The notes beneath the pieces are model-generated. The model was not told where the DNA came from, made no database searches, and saw only the letters and a list, made by a program, of their open reading frames with translations. The position numbers and the translations under genes were made by a program. From Pseudomonadota bacterium (GTDB lineage Bacteria; Pseudomonadota; Alphaproteobacteria; Caulobacterales; Hyphomonadaceae): 64,000 nt of DNA. This document shows positions 21,035-32,101 of this stretch, in pieces (the first letter of the stretch is position 1; each line of letters starts with the position of its first letter). Location of the stretch: NCBI GenBank assembly GCA_039194965.1, contig JBCCVQ010000015.1, positions 22,675 to 86,674 of the forward strand, in the 5' to 3' direction.

Positions 21035-21883
21035 ATGGCTTACGACGCCAATACAGAATTCACCAAGTTCGAGCCGCGACTCTTATCGCCGGCCATTGGC
21101 GCCGAGCTTATTGGCGCGGATCTCGCGAATTTTGATGACACGTTGATCGAAGAGGTCCGCGCAGCCTTGCTGAGATACCAAGTTGTCTTTTTTCGAGATC
21201 AACATGACCTGTCCCGTGAACAACACATTGCTTTCGCGAACCGTTTTGGTGAGTTGGAAATTCATCCTGCCACACCCAAAGACCAGCCAAATCCAGAAGT
21301 CTTGCGCATCGCTCACGGGCCCAACTCAAAAGGTCAGGAAAATAATTGGCACTCGGATGTGACGTGGCGCGAAGAACCATCTCTGGGCTCGATCTTGCGG
21401 GCGATTGAGCTCCCTGAAATTGGCGGCGATACGCTGTTTTCAAATATGGTTATGGCCTATGCAGACCTGGAAGATGACCTCAAAGACCGGCTTTGCGAAA
21501 TGACCGCAATTCACGATATTGCACGCGTGTTTTCGCGGCGGCTCAACAAAGATGCCTCGGCGCTGCATGAGAAATTTCCACCACAAGAGCACCCCGTCAT
21601 ACGGACACACCCGGAAACCGGTGAGCGGTTACTTTATGTGAATATCGCTTTCACCGACCATATCGTCGGTATGGACCGAGATGAGAGCGACCAACTTTTA
21701 GCTTTCCTCTATCGCCGGGCATGGCTTCCAGAGTATCAATGCCGGTTCCGCTGGGAACCTGGTTCTCTGGCATTCTGGGACAATCGCGCGTGCCAGCACT
21801 ATGCCGCGAGTGACTACTTCCCGAACATCCGCATTATGGAACGCGTCACGATTGCCGGCGATCGGCCGTTCTTTACGGCCTAA
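21035..21883 (+). CDS. TauD/TfdA-family Fe(II)/2-oxoglutarate dioxygenase
   Basis: The ATG at 21035 follows GGGAGG; the track ORF begins at 20993. It has the HxD motif NWHSDVTW and a distal His context (ACQHYA) typical of TauD-like enzymes. Confidence 0.78.
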   Translation: MAYDANTEFTKFEPRLLSPAIGAELIGADLANFDDTLIEEVRAALLRYQVVFFRDQHDLSREQHIAFANRFGELEIHPATPKDQPNPEVLRIAHGPNSKGQENNWHSDVTWREEPSLGSILRAIELPEIGGDTLFSNMVMAYADLEDDLKDRLCEMTAIHDIARVFSRRLNKDASALHEKFPPQEHPVIRTHPETGERLLYVNIAFTDHIVGMDRDESDQLLAFLYRRAWLPEYQCRFRWEPGSLAFWDNRACQHYAASDYFPNIRIMERVTIAGDRPFFTA

Positions 21884-21983
21884 AGGCAAGCGCCTGAAAA
21901 CAATAATGGCGTTCTGATCCTGGTGGGACTATATACCCGCCAAACCTATCTGCTGCGGGCCTTGAACCCGTTTGGAGACGAAT

Positions 21984-23180
21984 ATGATTGACCTTAAAGC
22001 GCTCGCGACTCGCGAGCCTGATCCTGCGCCTGGTACTCTGAATGCACTCGGCTTTGCGAAACCACCGTCTGAAACGCGGGTTGTTGCGGCCATGTCGGGC
22101 GGCGTCGATTCATCCGTCGTGGCCGCTTTGCTGGCCGCGCGTGGTTATGAAGTGATTGGGATTACGCTACAGCTTTATGATCATGGCGCCGCAATCGAGA
22201 AAAAAGGCGCTTGCTGCGCCGGACAAGATATTCATGACGCGCGCAATGTTGCCGACCAAATTGGTATTCCGCATTACGTCCTCGATTATGAAAGCCGATT
22301 CAAAGAGCAAGTCATGGAGGATTTCGCTGACACGTATCTGTCCGGCGCGACCCCTATTCCGTGCATTCGCTGCAATCAAACAGTGAAATTCTCCGACCTT
22401 TTGCGGACAGCCAAAGAGTTAGGCGCGGATTGCCTAGCGACGGGACATTATATCCGCCGCGAAGACGGCGCCGCTGGACCAGAGCTGCACCGCGCTGCGG
22501 ATGCCAGCCGTGACCAATCTTACTTCTTGTTCGCCACCACGTCTGAGCAACTTGACTATGTGCGATTTCCGCTCGGCGATCTGCCGAAAACAGAAGTGCG
22601 CGCGTTAGCCGATCATTTCGCGCTGCCGGTCGCGAGCAAACCGGACAGCCAAGATATCTGTTTTGTGCCGGAAGGATCCTACGCCAAAGTGGTTGAAAAA
22701 CTGCGCCCTGGTTCGGGGCGCGGTGGCGAAATCGTGCATCTCGATGGCCGTGTACTGGGCGAGCACTCTGGGGTCATCCATTACACAATCGGTCAACGCC
22801 GCGGACTTGGGGTTGCCACAGGTGACCCCCTCTTCGTTGTAAAAATTGACGCCCCCGAGCGGCAAGTCATTGTTGGCCCAAGGGAAGCATTGCTGACGGC
22901 CGGCCTGACGATGGAAGAACTGAACTGGCTGGGTGATGATACACTCGCGGCGGCGTGCGAACGCGCGGACCCGGTTTTGGTGCGCGTGCGCTCGACCCGC
23001 GAACCGGCTCCTGGTCGTTTAGGCTTCCACCAAGGCGCGCCCGCCGTTTGGTTTGATGCACCTGAAGAAGGCGTCGCGCGCGGCCAAGCCAGCGTTCTTT
23101 ATGACGCGAGTGGATCTACCCGGATTTTAGGCGGTGGCTTCATCGCTTCCACCATCGCCGCGGACGAACGTTTGCGCTAA
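21984..23180 (+). CDS. mnmA: tRNA 2-thiouridine(34) synthase MnmA
   Basis: It has the PP-loop [10 protein letters not shown], the catalytic Cys contexts IPCIRCN and DSQDICF. The ATG at 21984 follows GGAGA; the track uses the TTG at 21972. Confidence 0.94.
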   Translation: MIDLKALATREPDPAPGTLNALGFAKPPSETRVVAAMSGGVDSSVVAALLAARGYEVIGITLQLYDHGAAIEKKGACCAGQDIHDARNVADQIGIPHYVLDYESRFKEQVMEDFADTYLSGATPIPCIRCNQTVKFSDLLRTAKELGADCLATGHYIRREDGAAGPELHRAADASRDQSYFLFATTSEQLDYVRFPLGDLPKTEVRALADHFALPVASKPDSQDICFVPEGSYAKVVEKLRPGSGRGGEIVHLDGRVLGEHSGVIHYTIGQRRGLGVATGDPLFVVKIDAPERQVIVGPREALLTAGLTMEELNWLGDDTLAAACERADPVLVRVRSTREPAPGRLGFHQGAPAVWFDAPEEGVARGQASVLYDASGSTRILGGGFIASTIAADERLR

Positions 23181-24439
23181 GGGAAGATGCGCATTTTCAC
23201 CAGCGCGCGATTGTCCGTAAACGGCTGCACGTCGGACTGGTGATCAATCACTTCATAGCTGCCTTCAAGCCAGACACTTTGATTGATTTTCCAGTTCGCG
23301 CCGACATTCAAATTCACCCGATCATCATCGCGCTCAATTGTTTCAAACGCGTATTGGCCAAACCCTGCCTCACCTGTCAGTGACAGCCGCGACGTCAGTC
23401 CCTGTTCTAGGCGAACGCTGGCCTCCGTCGCGATGGCGGCATTTGAAAGCGCGATACCTGGATCAATGACCGACCGCTCAGCCTCCGCGCCGAGTGTTGT
23501 GCGCGGCGTGATTTGCCAATCAACGTGACCGGCGAAAGCGACGTCGCTGATATCCTCAAATATCACGTCGTCATATGTGTAATACTGGTATCCCACACCG
23601 ATATCGCCCGACAAAGATTGACCGACTTGAAACTCCGATCCGACGAGCAGCACGGTGCCGGTATGGTCGCGGTTGGTTGCGTTGAAGATATTTGGCTCAG
23701 CATAATCGGCTTGTACGACTGTGCCTTTGGCATAAACGACATTTGAATCATTAAGCGCATACCCCAAGCGACCTGACGCTGACAGTTCGTCGCGATCGCG
23801 AAAGTCCTGATCTTGGAACAGGTCGCCCGCCAATTCGGTGTCGTCATAATCGTAGGTGGCGAGTCCGACATCACCCTGCAATTGCAGCGCGCCAGCTTGA
23901 TGTTCGAATCCTAACGCCCCACGGGCGCTGGTATATTCATTTGGTTCAATCGACCCCGCAACATTGGAAAGAGCTAAGCGATCCTCTGTTTGGTCGGCGC
24001 CTTTAATCTTAACCGTAAAACTCGTATTCTCTCCAAGGTCGAGACGTCCGCGAAGCTTCACTTTAAGGTCAGTCCGGCTCTCACTGTCGAGATCGGCATA
24101 CTCACGATGATCGATCACGACTGCGCCGCCGAGACCATGACGTTGCCAATTTGAGTCGACCCTTAAAGATGGCTTAAAGCCAACAAATGAGTCTTCGACT
24201 TCATTCAGGTCAGATGCGAGCGCGTTGGACTGAGATCCGGCCGTGAATACGAGTTCGGGGCGCAATTCGAAACTGCCTTCCACAATAGGCGTCGGATCTA
24301 CGTCTGGATTGGCGCGCTCGCTAATTGGGATAACGCGATCTTGCGTCGACTCGTCGGCGTTTTGCGCGACGCTGATAGCCGGCAAAAGCAAACATGTGAG
24401 TGCGGCTCCACTGACCGCAGAGCTGAATTTGATAGTCAT
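23177..24439 (-). CDS. Outer-membrane beta-barrel protein (BBP2-like)
   Basis: Internal start [26 protein letters not shown] gives a signal peptide. Alternating amphipathic beta-strands run throughout ([17 protein letters not shown]). The C-terminus is ...VKMRIFP. The family assignment is from memory. Confidence 0.6.
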   Translation of the reverse strand: MTIKFSSAVSGAALTCLLLPAISVAQNADESTQDRVIPISERANPDVDPTPIVEGSFELRPELVFTAGSQSNALASDLNEVEDSFVGFKPSLRVDSNWQRHGLGGAVVIDHREYADLDSESRTDLKVKLRGRLDLGENTSFTVKIKGADQTEDRLALSNVAGSIEPNEYTSARGALGFEHQAGALQLQGDVGLATYDYDDTELAGDLFQDQDFRDRDELSASGRLGYALNDSNVVYAKGTVVQADYAEPNIFNATNRDHTGTVLLVGSEFQVGQSLSGDIGVGYQYYTYDDVIFEDISDVAFAGHVDWQITPRTTLGAEAERSVIDPGIALSNAAIATEASVRLEQGLTSRLSLTGEAGFGQYAFETIERDDDRVNLNVGANWKINQSVWLEGSYEVIDHQSDVQPFTDNRALVKMRIFP

Positions 24440-24577
24440 GAAACAAACGTCCGCGTACTCGTTATAATTGTCGGGATTATCGCGCGAGAGTGTTCCAAAG
24501 ACCTTAAGCACTCAAATGAAAACTTGGTCACACAGCTAACCGTAACCAAATTCAAATACTTCTGTATTATTAATGGG

Positions 24578-25027
24578 TTATACGAAACGCCGATCAGCTT
24601 CGGCACGAAAGGCGTCCATTATTTTTTGGACAGCTAAGCGGGTATTGGTCCTGGCAATAAACCCGAGAACCGGGTTTTTGAACTCATAATCGATAAAACA
24701 ATGCACGCGGGTCTTACCCTCTTCTCGCGGATCGAATCGCCAACGGTTGCGCAAGTGGCGAAACGGGCCGCGCGCCAGATTTACATCGATGTTGCGTGAT
24801 GCTGGATCGGCGAGCACGTGGGTCGAGAATTTTTCATCAAATCCGCTGAAATGCACAGAAGCTGTTCCGATACACTTATAATCAGAGGTAGCGTCTCCGT
24901 GCTCTTCCGATACAGAAACCTTCTTGATCCAGCGAATAAATTCCGGATAGCGCCGAATATCGCGGACCAATTCGTATAGATTGTCAGCTGTGTGCGGGAT
25001 GAGAACTTGCTCGGAAACTCTAGGCAT
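24578..25027 (-). CDS. SRPBCC (RatA / COQ10-like) START-domain protein
   Basis: Internal start [33 protein letters not shown]... The ATG at 25027 overlaps the lipA stop by 8 nt. Its length is about 149 aa, typical of this family. Confidence 0.72.
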   Translation of the reverse strand: MPRVSEQVLIPHTADNLYELVRDIRRYPEFIRWIKKVSVSEEHGDATSDYKCIGTASVHFSGFDEKFSTHVLADPASRNIDVNLARGPFRHLRNRWRFDPREEGKTRVHCFIDYEFKNPVLGFIARTNTRLAVQKIMDAFRAEADRRFV

Positions 25028-25976
25028 TCTGCCCCAGTTGCGCCTCGCGCGCGGCCCGCAGCTGAGCAAAATCTTCACCAGCATGATAGCTTGATCGCGT
25101 GAGCGGCGAGGCAGAGACCATGAGAAAGCCTTTCGATCGGGCAATCTCCTCATAGGCTTCAAATTCGTCAGGCGTGACGTATCGATCGACCGCTGCATGC
25201 TTTCGTGTGGGTTGCAAATATTGGCCGATGGTGAGGAAATCGATGCCCGCGGATCGCATATCGTCCATCACTTGCATGACTTCTTCTTTAGTCTCTCCTA
25301 AGCCGACCATCAATCCAGACTTCGTAAACTGAGACGGATCCCGGTCTTTGACTTTCTCGAGCAAGCGCAGCGAGTGGAAGTAACGCGCCCCAGGTCGAAT
25401 AGAGAGATAGAGGCGCGGCACGGTTTCGAGATTATGATTAAACACGTCTGGTCGGGCGTCGATAACTTTCGCCTCCCAACCGTCCTTGCGCAGGAAGTCT
25501 GGAGTGAGAATCTCAATCGTCGTTGACGGCGATGCATCACGAATGGCTTGGATGGTGTGAACGAAATGCATCGCCCCGCCATCTTCCAAATCATCTCGAT
25601 CAACCGATGTGATAACCACATGTTCGAGCGCCATTTCGGCCACCGCTTGGCCAACTCTACGTGGTTCATCCAGGTCGAGCGGTGCCGGTTTTCCTGTGAT
25701 CACATTGCAGAAGGAGCATGCGCGCGTGCAGGTATCGCCCATGATCATCATCGTCGCGTGTTTTTTATCCCAGCACTCGCCAATATTCGGGCATCCGGCT
25801 TCTTCGCAAACCGTTACAAGCCCTTTCGACTTCACGATCTCACGCGTCTCAGAATACCCTTTCGACGTCGGCGCCTTAACGCGAATCCAGTCAGGTTTGC
25901 GCAAAAGCGGCGTGTCCGGACGATTGCGTTTCTCCGGATGACGATATTTGGGCTTGTTATCGATGATCGTAGCCAT
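25020..25976 (-). CDS. lipA: Lipoyl synthase
   Basis: It has [12 protein letters not shown] (auxiliary cluster) and the radical-SAM motif CTRACSFC. I chose the start [16 protein letters not shown]..., giving about 318 aa. The track ORF extends to 26078. Confidence 0.94.
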   Translation of the reverse strand: MATIIDNKPKYRHPEKRNRPDTPLLRKPDWIRVKAPTSKGYSETREIVKSKGLVTVCEEAGCPNIGECWDKKHATMMIMGDTCTRACSFCNVITGKPAPLDLDEPRRVGQAVAEMALEHVVITSVDRDDLEDGGAMHFVHTIQAIRDASPSTTIEILTPDFLRKDGWEAKVIDARPDVFNHNLETVPRLYLSIRPGARYFHSLRLLEKVKDRDPSQFTKSGLMVGLGETKEEVMQVMDDMRSAGIDFLTIGQYLQPTRKHAAVDRYVTPDEFEAYEEIARSKGFLMVSASPLTRSSYHAGEDFAQLRAAREAQLGQNA

Positions 25977-26129
25977 GCGCTTTAAATGGAGTGAATTGGC
26001 CAAATCTGCAAGCGTCAGAGCGACATAGCGCCTATGCATCCTGCGAAGAAATGCAGCAAAGATACTTGCACCGCTCACTCAGTGTGACACTTTGTTGCAA
26101 ACACGTAATCGACGAGAGCTTAGACCCCG

Positions 26130-27710
26130 ATGACGGATACGACCATTCCCGCGCCCCTGCCTTGGCGCGCCAATCGTGCGAAAACAGATATCTTTTCGGC
26201 GGTTATTCGATCCTCAAAAGAGTTTGGTGGCAAAACCGTAGCGATTGTGGACGGCGATGGTACCGAGGTTGATTATAAGACGATTTTGCGAGGATCGTTT
26301 GCGCTAGGTTCGGCTTTAGGAAAGAAATTCGGCCGCGGCGAAACCGTTGGGATTATGTTGCCGACGGGGGCCGGCGCGGTCATCGCGTTTTGCGCGGTGC
26401 TGGCCTCAGGTCGACTGCCGGCCATGCTGAACTTCACCGCCGGATCGGCAAACATAAAGTCGGCTATGAAAGCCGGTAAGATCTCGAAAATTGTCACTGC
26501 GCACAAGTTCGTCGAACTGGGCGGGCTCGAGCCTTTGATTGCGGAACTCGAAGACGCCGCGGAGTTCATCTACCTTGAAGATGTTCGCGAGAGTCTCGGC
26601 TTAATGGATAAAGTAGCCGGAGGCCTAGGGCCGATCTTGCCGGGCTTGTTTCACAGACGTCAAAATCACAAAAAGCCAGGGGTTGTCCTATTCACCTCAG
26701 GTACTGAGGGTGAACCAAAAGGCGTGGTGCTTTCACACCACAATATTATCGCCAACGTTGAGCAGGTCCGCTCACACATTGGTCTCGATCCAAAAACCGA
26801 TAGCGTATTCAATCCGCTGCCGACCTTTCACTGTTTCGGCTTAACGGTTGGCGCAATTCTACCGCTCATCGCGGGGGTACGCGCGGTATTCCATCCCAGC
26901 CCACTACAGCCACGTGAGATTGCTGGCCGAATTGAGGAGACGCGAGCGACGATCCTCCTCGCGACGGATACCTTTATTGGACAATATGCCCGCGTCGCCA
27001 AAGAAGGCGCCATGGATTCCGTCCGATTGGCGGTTTGTGGCGCGGAACGCGTTCGGGATGAAACCCGCGCCTTTGTGCGCAAGAAGTTCGAGATAGAAAT
27101 CCTAGAAGGATATGGCGCGACAGAAGCTGCGCCTGTCGTAGCGGCGAACACAATGGAATTTAACAAACCAGGAACAGTTGGCCGCCTGATGTCCGACATG
27201 GAATATGAACTGGTGCCGGTTGAAGGCATCGAAGAAGGCGGCAAATTGCGCATTCGTGGTCCGAACATAATGCTCGGCTATATGCGTTCATCAGCGCCAG
27301 GTGTGATCGAACCGCCTTCGGATGGATGGCACGATACAGGCGACATATGCATCATGGATGAAGACAATTGCATCCGCATCATGGGCCGCGTGAAGCGGTT
27401 CGCCAAAATTGGCGGTGAGATGGTATCGCTGGCGGTTGTCGAGAATTGCGCCAGCGCGATTTGGCCAGACGAAATGCATGCCGCAGCCGCAATCCCGGAC
27501 CCCCGTAAAGGTGAGCAAATCGTGCTGCTTTCGACCGCTAAGGATGCCGATAGAAGCGCCCTACTCGCGTGGTGTCAGTCGCACGGCGTGTCAGAACTAT
27601 CTGTCCCGCGCAAAGTCTTCCATGTCGAAGAAGTGCCAGTGCTCGGCACCGGCAAAACGGATTATGGTGCTGTCGGGAAAATGGTGCAGACCCTGACGGA
27701 ACCTGCCTAA
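26130..27710 (+). CDS. AMP-dependent synthetase/ligase (acyl-ACP synthetase, Aas-like adenylation domain)
   Basis: 526 aa with AMP-binding motif I LFTSGTEGEPKGV, GYGATE, and the C-terminal lysine context GTGKTDY. Confidence 0.78.
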   Translation: MTDTTIPAPLPWRANRAKTDIFSAVIRSSKEFGGKTVAIVDGDGTEVDYKTILRGSFALGSALGKKFGRGETVGIMLPTGAGAVIAFCAVLASGRLPAMLNFTAGSANIKSAMKAGKISKIVTAHKFVELGGLEPLIAELEDAAEFIYLEDVRESLGLMDKVAGGLGPILPGLFHRRQNHKKPGVVLFTSGTEGEPKGVVLSHHNIIANVEQVRSHIGLDPKTDSVFNPLPTFHCFGLTVGAILPLIAGVRAVFHPSPLQPREIAGRIEETRATILLATDTFIGQYARVAKEGAMDSVRLAVCGAERVRDETRAFVRKKFEIEILEGYGATEAAPVVAANTMEFNKPGTVGRLMSDMEYELVPVEGIEEGGKLRIRGPNIMLGYMRSSAPGVIEPPSDGWHDTGDICIMDEDNCIRIMGRVKRFAKIGGEMVSLAVVENCASAIWPDEMHAAAAIPDPRKGEQIVLLSTAKDADRSALLAWCQSHGVSELSVPRKVFHVEEVPVLGTGKTDYGAVGKMVQTLTEPA

Positions 27711-28522
27711 AGCGCGCCTTCGTAATGCCACCCGTCAAATGCGGGCTCGACGCCCGCCGGTAGCTCGCGTTTCAGCGTGGCGTAGTCGAGATCGACATGT
27801 AAGTTGGTCAGCACCGCACGTTTCGGTTTGAGCGCTTCGATCCAAGCCAATGCCTGATCGACTGTCGCGTGCGAAGGGTGGGGTGTGTAACGAAGCGCGT
27901 CGATGGCCAGCAAATCCAGACCGTGCAAATATGCCATAGAGTCTGACGGTAAAGCATTTAAATCGTTGCAATAGGCGACGTTGCCAATGCGGAACCCGAG
28001 CGAACGGATATAGCCGTGCTCCTGATCGATCGGCAGCCAATCGACCTGGCCACCGGGCCCATCTATCGGAAAGATTTGATAAGCTTCTATCTCGGGTTGG
28101 ATATCATAAAGAGACGGATACCCACTCGCGCCCTCGAATACGTATTTGAACTTCGGGACCAGGGTGCTCGCGGTTGAAGCATCCATAAAGGTTTTTACGC
28201 GTGCTCGATTGCGAATAGCCAACGCTCTGACATCGTCGATACCGTGCGTTTGATCCGCGTGGTCATGCGAAAACACAATTGCATCGAGCCGGGTTACATT
28301 GGCGTCCAGTAACTGTTCGCGCATGTCTGGTGAGGTATCAATGAGGACGATGGTTGTGTCTTGCGGTTTCGCATCATCCCAAACTTCTACGAGTGCTGAA
28401 CAGCGTCTACGGCGGTTTTTGGGTTCAGACGGATCGCAGGCGCCCCAGTCGCCGCCGACGCGGGGTACCCCCCCAGACGAGCCGGTCCCCAGAAGCGTGA
28501 GCTTGATCCGTCGTTCGGTCAT
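27707..28522 (-). CDS. MBL-fold metallo-hydrolase (PhnP-like)
   Basis: Start MTERRIKLTLLGTGSSGGVP at 28522 overlaps the tatD stop by 4 nt. It has the HxHxDH motif FSHDHADQTHG. Confidence 0.72.
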   Translation of the reverse strand: MTERRIKLTLLGTGSSGGVPRVGGDWGACDPSEPKNRRRRCSALVEVWDDAKPQDTTIVLIDTSPDMREQLLDANVTRLDAIVFSHDHADQTHGIDDVRALAIRNRARVKTFMDASTASTLVPKFKYVFEGASGYPSLYDIQPEIEAYQIFPIDGPGGQVDWLPIDQEHGYIRSLGFRIGNVAYCNDLNALPSDSMAYLHGLDLLAIDALRYTPHPSHATVDQALAWIEALKPKRAVLTNLHVDLDYATLKRELPAGVEPAFDGWHYEGAL

Positions 28523-29289
28523 GAAACGCGCTGGAAAAGGGCCAGAGAATTGGCCTCGCACATTTGTCCGATTTGGTCGCGTGTTGAACCGTGTAGTTCC
28601 GCCAACGCGTCAGCCACGTAGGGCAAATAAGATGGTTCATTGCGGCGCCCTCGATACGGCATCGGCGTGAGATAAGGACAATCGGTTTCGAGAATGACTC
28701 GATCGAGCGGAACATCCTTGATCACTTCACGCACGTCTTTCGCACTTTTGAACGATAAAATACCAGATACCGAGACATAGGCCCCAAGGGCGAGACCGCG
28801 TTGGCATAGATCTGCCCCGCCGGTGTAGCAATGGAGCAAGATCGGAAACGCACCTTTCGCGGTTTCATCTTCCAAAATCTCGGCGGTTAAATCATCCGCT
28901 TCGCGGGTATGCACGATGAGCGGTAACTGTGTTTCACGCGCCGCGGAAATGTGTGTTCGGAAACTCGCTTCTTGCTGCGCTTGCGGGCTGTATCCATAAT
29001 GTAGATCCATACCAGTCTCGCCAATCGCGACGACTTTCGGATCCTGCGCCCGCTCAATCAGATCGCCAGCAACCGTGTCAACAAAGTCTTTTGCGTGATG
29101 CGGATGTGTTCCAACGCTGCACCAAATGTCAGCGTTCGCATCGGCGATGGCCTTCACGCGCGGAAAACTGTCTAGGCGTTCGCAGATCGCCAACATGCGA
29201 GAGACGCCCGCGTCGCGCGCCCGTGTTAGAACGTCTTCTAAGTCCGCTTCATAGGCTTCAGCGTGGAGATTCACATGTGTGTCGAACAT
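28519..29289 (-). CDS. tatD: TatD-family metal-dependent hydrolase
   Basis: 256 aa with MFDTHVNLH, IGETGMDLHY and ETDCPYL. Confidence 0.9.
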   Translation of the reverse strand: MFDTHVNLHAEAYEADLEDVLTRARDAGVSRMLAICERLDSFPRVKAIADANADIWCSVGTHPHHAKDFVDTVAGDLIERAQDPKVVAIGETGMDLHYGYSPQAQQEASFRTHISAARETQLPLIVHTREADDLTAEILEDETAKGAFPILLHCYTGGADLCQRGLALGAYVSVSGILSFKSAKDVREVIKDVPLDRVILETDCPYLTPMPYRGRRNEPSYLPYVADALAELHGSTRDQIGQMCEANSLALFQRVS

Positions 29290-29293
29290 GGCG

Positions 29294-30223
29294 TCAGGCG
29301 CTTACAGCCTTCACGCCATCTTGCAAGACTGAAAACAGCTTTGTCGCGGTTTGTAGGGGCGTCAGGTTAAGATTATCCGCCGTCGCCCGCACTTCATGCA
29401 TCGCCAGCCATGTCGCACTGAGGTCGGGATCACTCTCGGCCTTTTCGGCGACCCAATGCATCAGCGTATCGGTAAATGCTTGAAGTGAGCCTTCATCCAC
29501 CAAAGTCGACGTCAACGCTGCGGAAACGACGCCGCCACTTGGCTTACGCACATTTCTCAGTAATGCACGCGCCGTTTGAACCGCTTTTGCCCCAGCGGTT
29601 TGCGCGAGCGCGATGCCATAGCCTGGCCGACCAGGAGCCAGGTCCAGGGCCAATTCCGTATCGACATCTTGCGGCTCTAGCACGTCTCGCGTGTCCGCTT
29701 CATTTAAGGGGTAAAGTCGCAGAACCTGACACCGCGAGCGGATGGTCGGCAAAATGGGTTGCGTAGCATGTGAGATCAGTATCAGCAGCGCATTCTTTGG
29801 TGGTTCTTCGAGCGTTTTGAGCAAAGCATTCATGCCCGAAACGTTCATCTCATCCAGCGCGTCGATTATTCCAACACGCCAACCTGCAAGCGCCGGGCGC
29901 AAATGGAAGAACTGATTGAGCTCGCGAATTTGGTCGACGGTGATGTCTTGTCGAAGCTTACCTTTTTCGTTCAATCCTCGTTCGATCCATTTCAAATCTG
30001 GATGGCCGCCCGATTGAATGAGTTGCATGGTCTCATCATTCTCGTCAGCGTCCATTGAGGCGGCCCCCAACATCAAACCGGCGACGCGGCGCGCAAGGAT
30101 GGATTTGCCAATTCCGGAAGGCCCTTGAAAGATCCATCCATGATGAAGACGGCCTGACGCTCGCGCTTTCAAGAACCGCGCAATCGACGGTTGATGACCG
30201 ATCAAAGGAAACGCCGCGCTCAT
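29294..30223 (-). CDS. holB: DNA polymerase III delta-prime subunit
   Basis: 309 aa with HHGWIFQGPSGIGKS, the sensor region LKTLEEPP and SRCQ. The tmk-holB-tatD order is conserved. Confidence 0.85.
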   Translation of the reverse strand: MSAAFPLIGHQPSIARFLKARASGRLHHGWIFQGPSGIGKSILARRVAGLMLGAASMDADENDETMQLIQSGGHPDLKWIERGLNEKGKLRQDITVDQIRELNQFFHLRPALAGWRVGIIDALDEMNVSGMNALLKTLEEPPKNALLILISHATQPILPTIRSRCQVLRLYPLNEADTRDVLEPQDVDTELALDLAPGRPGYGIALAQTAGAKAVQTARALLRNVRKPSGGVVSAALTSTLVDEGSLQAFTDTLMHWVAEKAESDPDLSATWLAMHEVRATADNLNLTPLQTATKLFSVLQDGVKAVSA

Positions 30224-30873
30224 GCCAAGGCCAATCTTTGATCAATGGCATTTAATGCATCCGCCAAGACTTGTGCGGGTGATTGCAACGCATCGACGAC
30301 CTTGCACCGATGAGGTTCCGCTTCTGCGATGGCCAGGAATGCCGACCGGATTCTCTGATGAAAGCCGAGATCTTTCGCTTCAAACACATCGTCCGTGCCG
30401 CGCGCGCGTCGGCGTTCGGCCAGCGCCGCTGGGTCGGCATCTAAGATGAGGGTTAGATCTGGCCTCGTCTCGCCGACCACGGCACGCTCCAGTGCCATTA
30501 GCGTCTCGCCTGGGACACCATCCACACTCTGATAGGCCCGCGTTGAATCCGCGAACCGATCGCACAACACCCACTTGCCCTGTGCCAAGGCCGGGCGAAT
30601 ACGTTTTTCGAGATGGTCGCTGCGAGCCGTGTTCATCAATAAGGCATGTGACAAAGCCGACCAAGACTGATCATCTGGTGGCATCAACGCCAATGACCGC
30701 ACGCTTTCGGCAAGCGGCGTTCCACCCGGCTCGCGGGTGATGACAACCTCTATGTTTCGGCGTTCAAACTCTGCAGAAAGCCCTTGTATCAGAGTCGACT
30801 TGCCCGCTCCTTCACCGCCTTCTAGCGTAATGAAGCGTCCTGGTTCAGACACCTGACTAAGCTCCACCTTCAA
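30220..30873 (-). CDS. tmk: Thymidylate kinase
   Basis: 217 aa with the P-loop LEGGEGAGKST and the DRF motif (CDRFADST). Confidence 0.93.
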   Translation of the reverse strand: MKVELSQVSEPGRFITLEGGEGAGKSTLIQGLSAEFERRNIEVVITREPGGTPLAESVRSLALMPPDDQSWSALSHALLMNTARSDHLEKRIRPALAQGKWVLCDRFADSTRAYQSVDGVPGETLMALERAVVGETRPDLTLILDADPAALAERRRARGTDDVFEAKDLGFHQRIRSAFLAIAEAEPHRCKVVDALQSPAQVLADALNAIDQRLALA

Positions 30874-32005
30874 GCATGCGGCTCAGGCCATCGACGGCTT
30901 TTCCGATGAACCCGAGCCGAGAAACATCTTCTGTTGCTAGTAATGGCAGTTCAATTGGCGCTTTGCCTTCAATCGTCACCACCAGGGTTGCAACTTCATC
31001 CCCAGCTTTGATTGGTGCTTCGAGCAAACGATCATAGACGATCTCGGACTTGCCCTTTGCAAATGCACGTTTGTGCGCGGTGACATCGGCGCTCTCTGAG
31101 AGGCGAACGCCGACGGTGCGGCTTTCGCCCATCCAAACATCCAACTCCGCCAGCCGCCGGTCTCCGGCTTCAATGGTTCGCGTTTCGAATGCGCTGAACG
31201 CCATGCGCATCAATCGTTCGGCTTCGCGGGCGCGCGCTTGTTTGCTTGGCAAACCATTGATCACAATAATCCGACGTTTGCCGTCGCGCACCGCCGATGC
31301 CGTGAGGCCATATCCTGAAATATCAAGATGGCCGGTCTTTAAACCATCAGCCCCTTCAATTGTTCCCAAGAGTGGGTTGCGATTGGCCTGAGTATACTGC
31401 CCCCAAGTGTAAGATGGGGCGCTGTACCAATCATAATATTGCGGATAATCGTCGATGATCCGTTTTGCCAATTTGGCAAGATCGGTCGACGAAACAATAT
31501 GGCCGTCGCCTTCTAAGCCAGTCGCATTGACGAAATTGACACTGGTCAAACCAAGCTCATGCGCGCGTTCAGTCATTTGCCGTGAAAAAGCTTCTTCTGA
31601 CCCAGCAATCCCTTCAGCGAGCACGATACAAGCATCATTTCCGGACATAACGATCATGCCTTGCAGCAACTGGCGGACCGTCGGTCGCTCTTTCGGACGC
31701 AATCCCATGGTCGAAGTCCCCGACGGGAACCCTCCGCGTCGCCAGGCATCCTCGCTCACTTCCATTTCGGTATCGAGCGTGATCTCGCCTTGATCGATCA
31801 AATCGAAGACAAAATACGCGGTCATCATTTTCGTCATAGACGCCGGGATCATCAATTCGTCGCCATTCTTAGACCACAGCACCTCGCCGGATTCATGATC
31901 CATTATGACCGCATAATCCGCATCAGATTCGAGTATTTGGGCCGTCGCTAAGAAAGGCAAAAGCAAGCTTGTGAGCGCCAACGCAGCAATTCGCCTGATC
32001 CGCAT
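30857..32005 (-). CDS. D-alanyl-D-alanine carboxypeptidase (PBP5/6 class)
   Basis: 382 aa with a signal peptide, SxxK as ASMTKMMT, SGN and KTGH. Confidence 0.88.
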   Translation of the reverse strand: MRIRRIAALALTSLLLPFLATAQILESDADYAVIMDHESGEVLWSKNGDELMIPASMTKMMTAYFVFDLIDQGEITLDTEMEVSEDAWRRGGFPSGTSTMGLRPKERPTVRQLLQGMIVMSGNDACIVLAEGIAGSEEAFSRQMTERAHELGLTSVNFVNATGLEGDGHIVSSTDLAKLAKRIIDDYPQYYDWYSAPSYTWGQYTQANRNPLLGTIEGADGLKTGHLDISGYGLTASAVRDGKRRIIVINGLPSKQARAREAERLMRMAFSAFETRTIEAGDRRLAELDVWMGESRTVGVRLSESADVTAHKRAFAKGKSEIVYDRLLEAPIKAGDEVATLVVTIEGKAPIELPLLATEDVSRLGFIGKAVDGLSRMLEGGA

Positions 32006-32032
32006 ATTCCGGTCCTTTCACCAGTAAAACTA

Positions 32033-32062
32033 AGCCCTTTTTCCTTACTCGGAAAAAGGGCT
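32033..32062 (-). terminator. Rho-independent terminator-like hairpin after rlpA
   Basis: Perfect 12-bp inverted repeat AGCCCTTTTTCC / GGAAAAAGGGCT with a 6-nt loop. On the minus-strand transcript it is followed by TTAGTTTTAC. It lies 40 nt after the rlpA stop. Confidence 0.65.
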
Positions 32063-32101
32063 AGTTCGTGGCGAAGGTCAATCTTTGTCGTGGACGAGGG
32101 A

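Noticed and set aside
25028-25198. Long N-terminal extension of the SRPBCC ORF (track start 25198), and the toxin-antitoxin (RatA) reading of this gene
   Set aside because: The extension overlaps the 3-prime end of lipA in another frame and reads as Arg-rich junk. The internal ATG at 25027 gives a family-typical length. No RatB-like partner gene is adjacent, so I do not call this a TA module.
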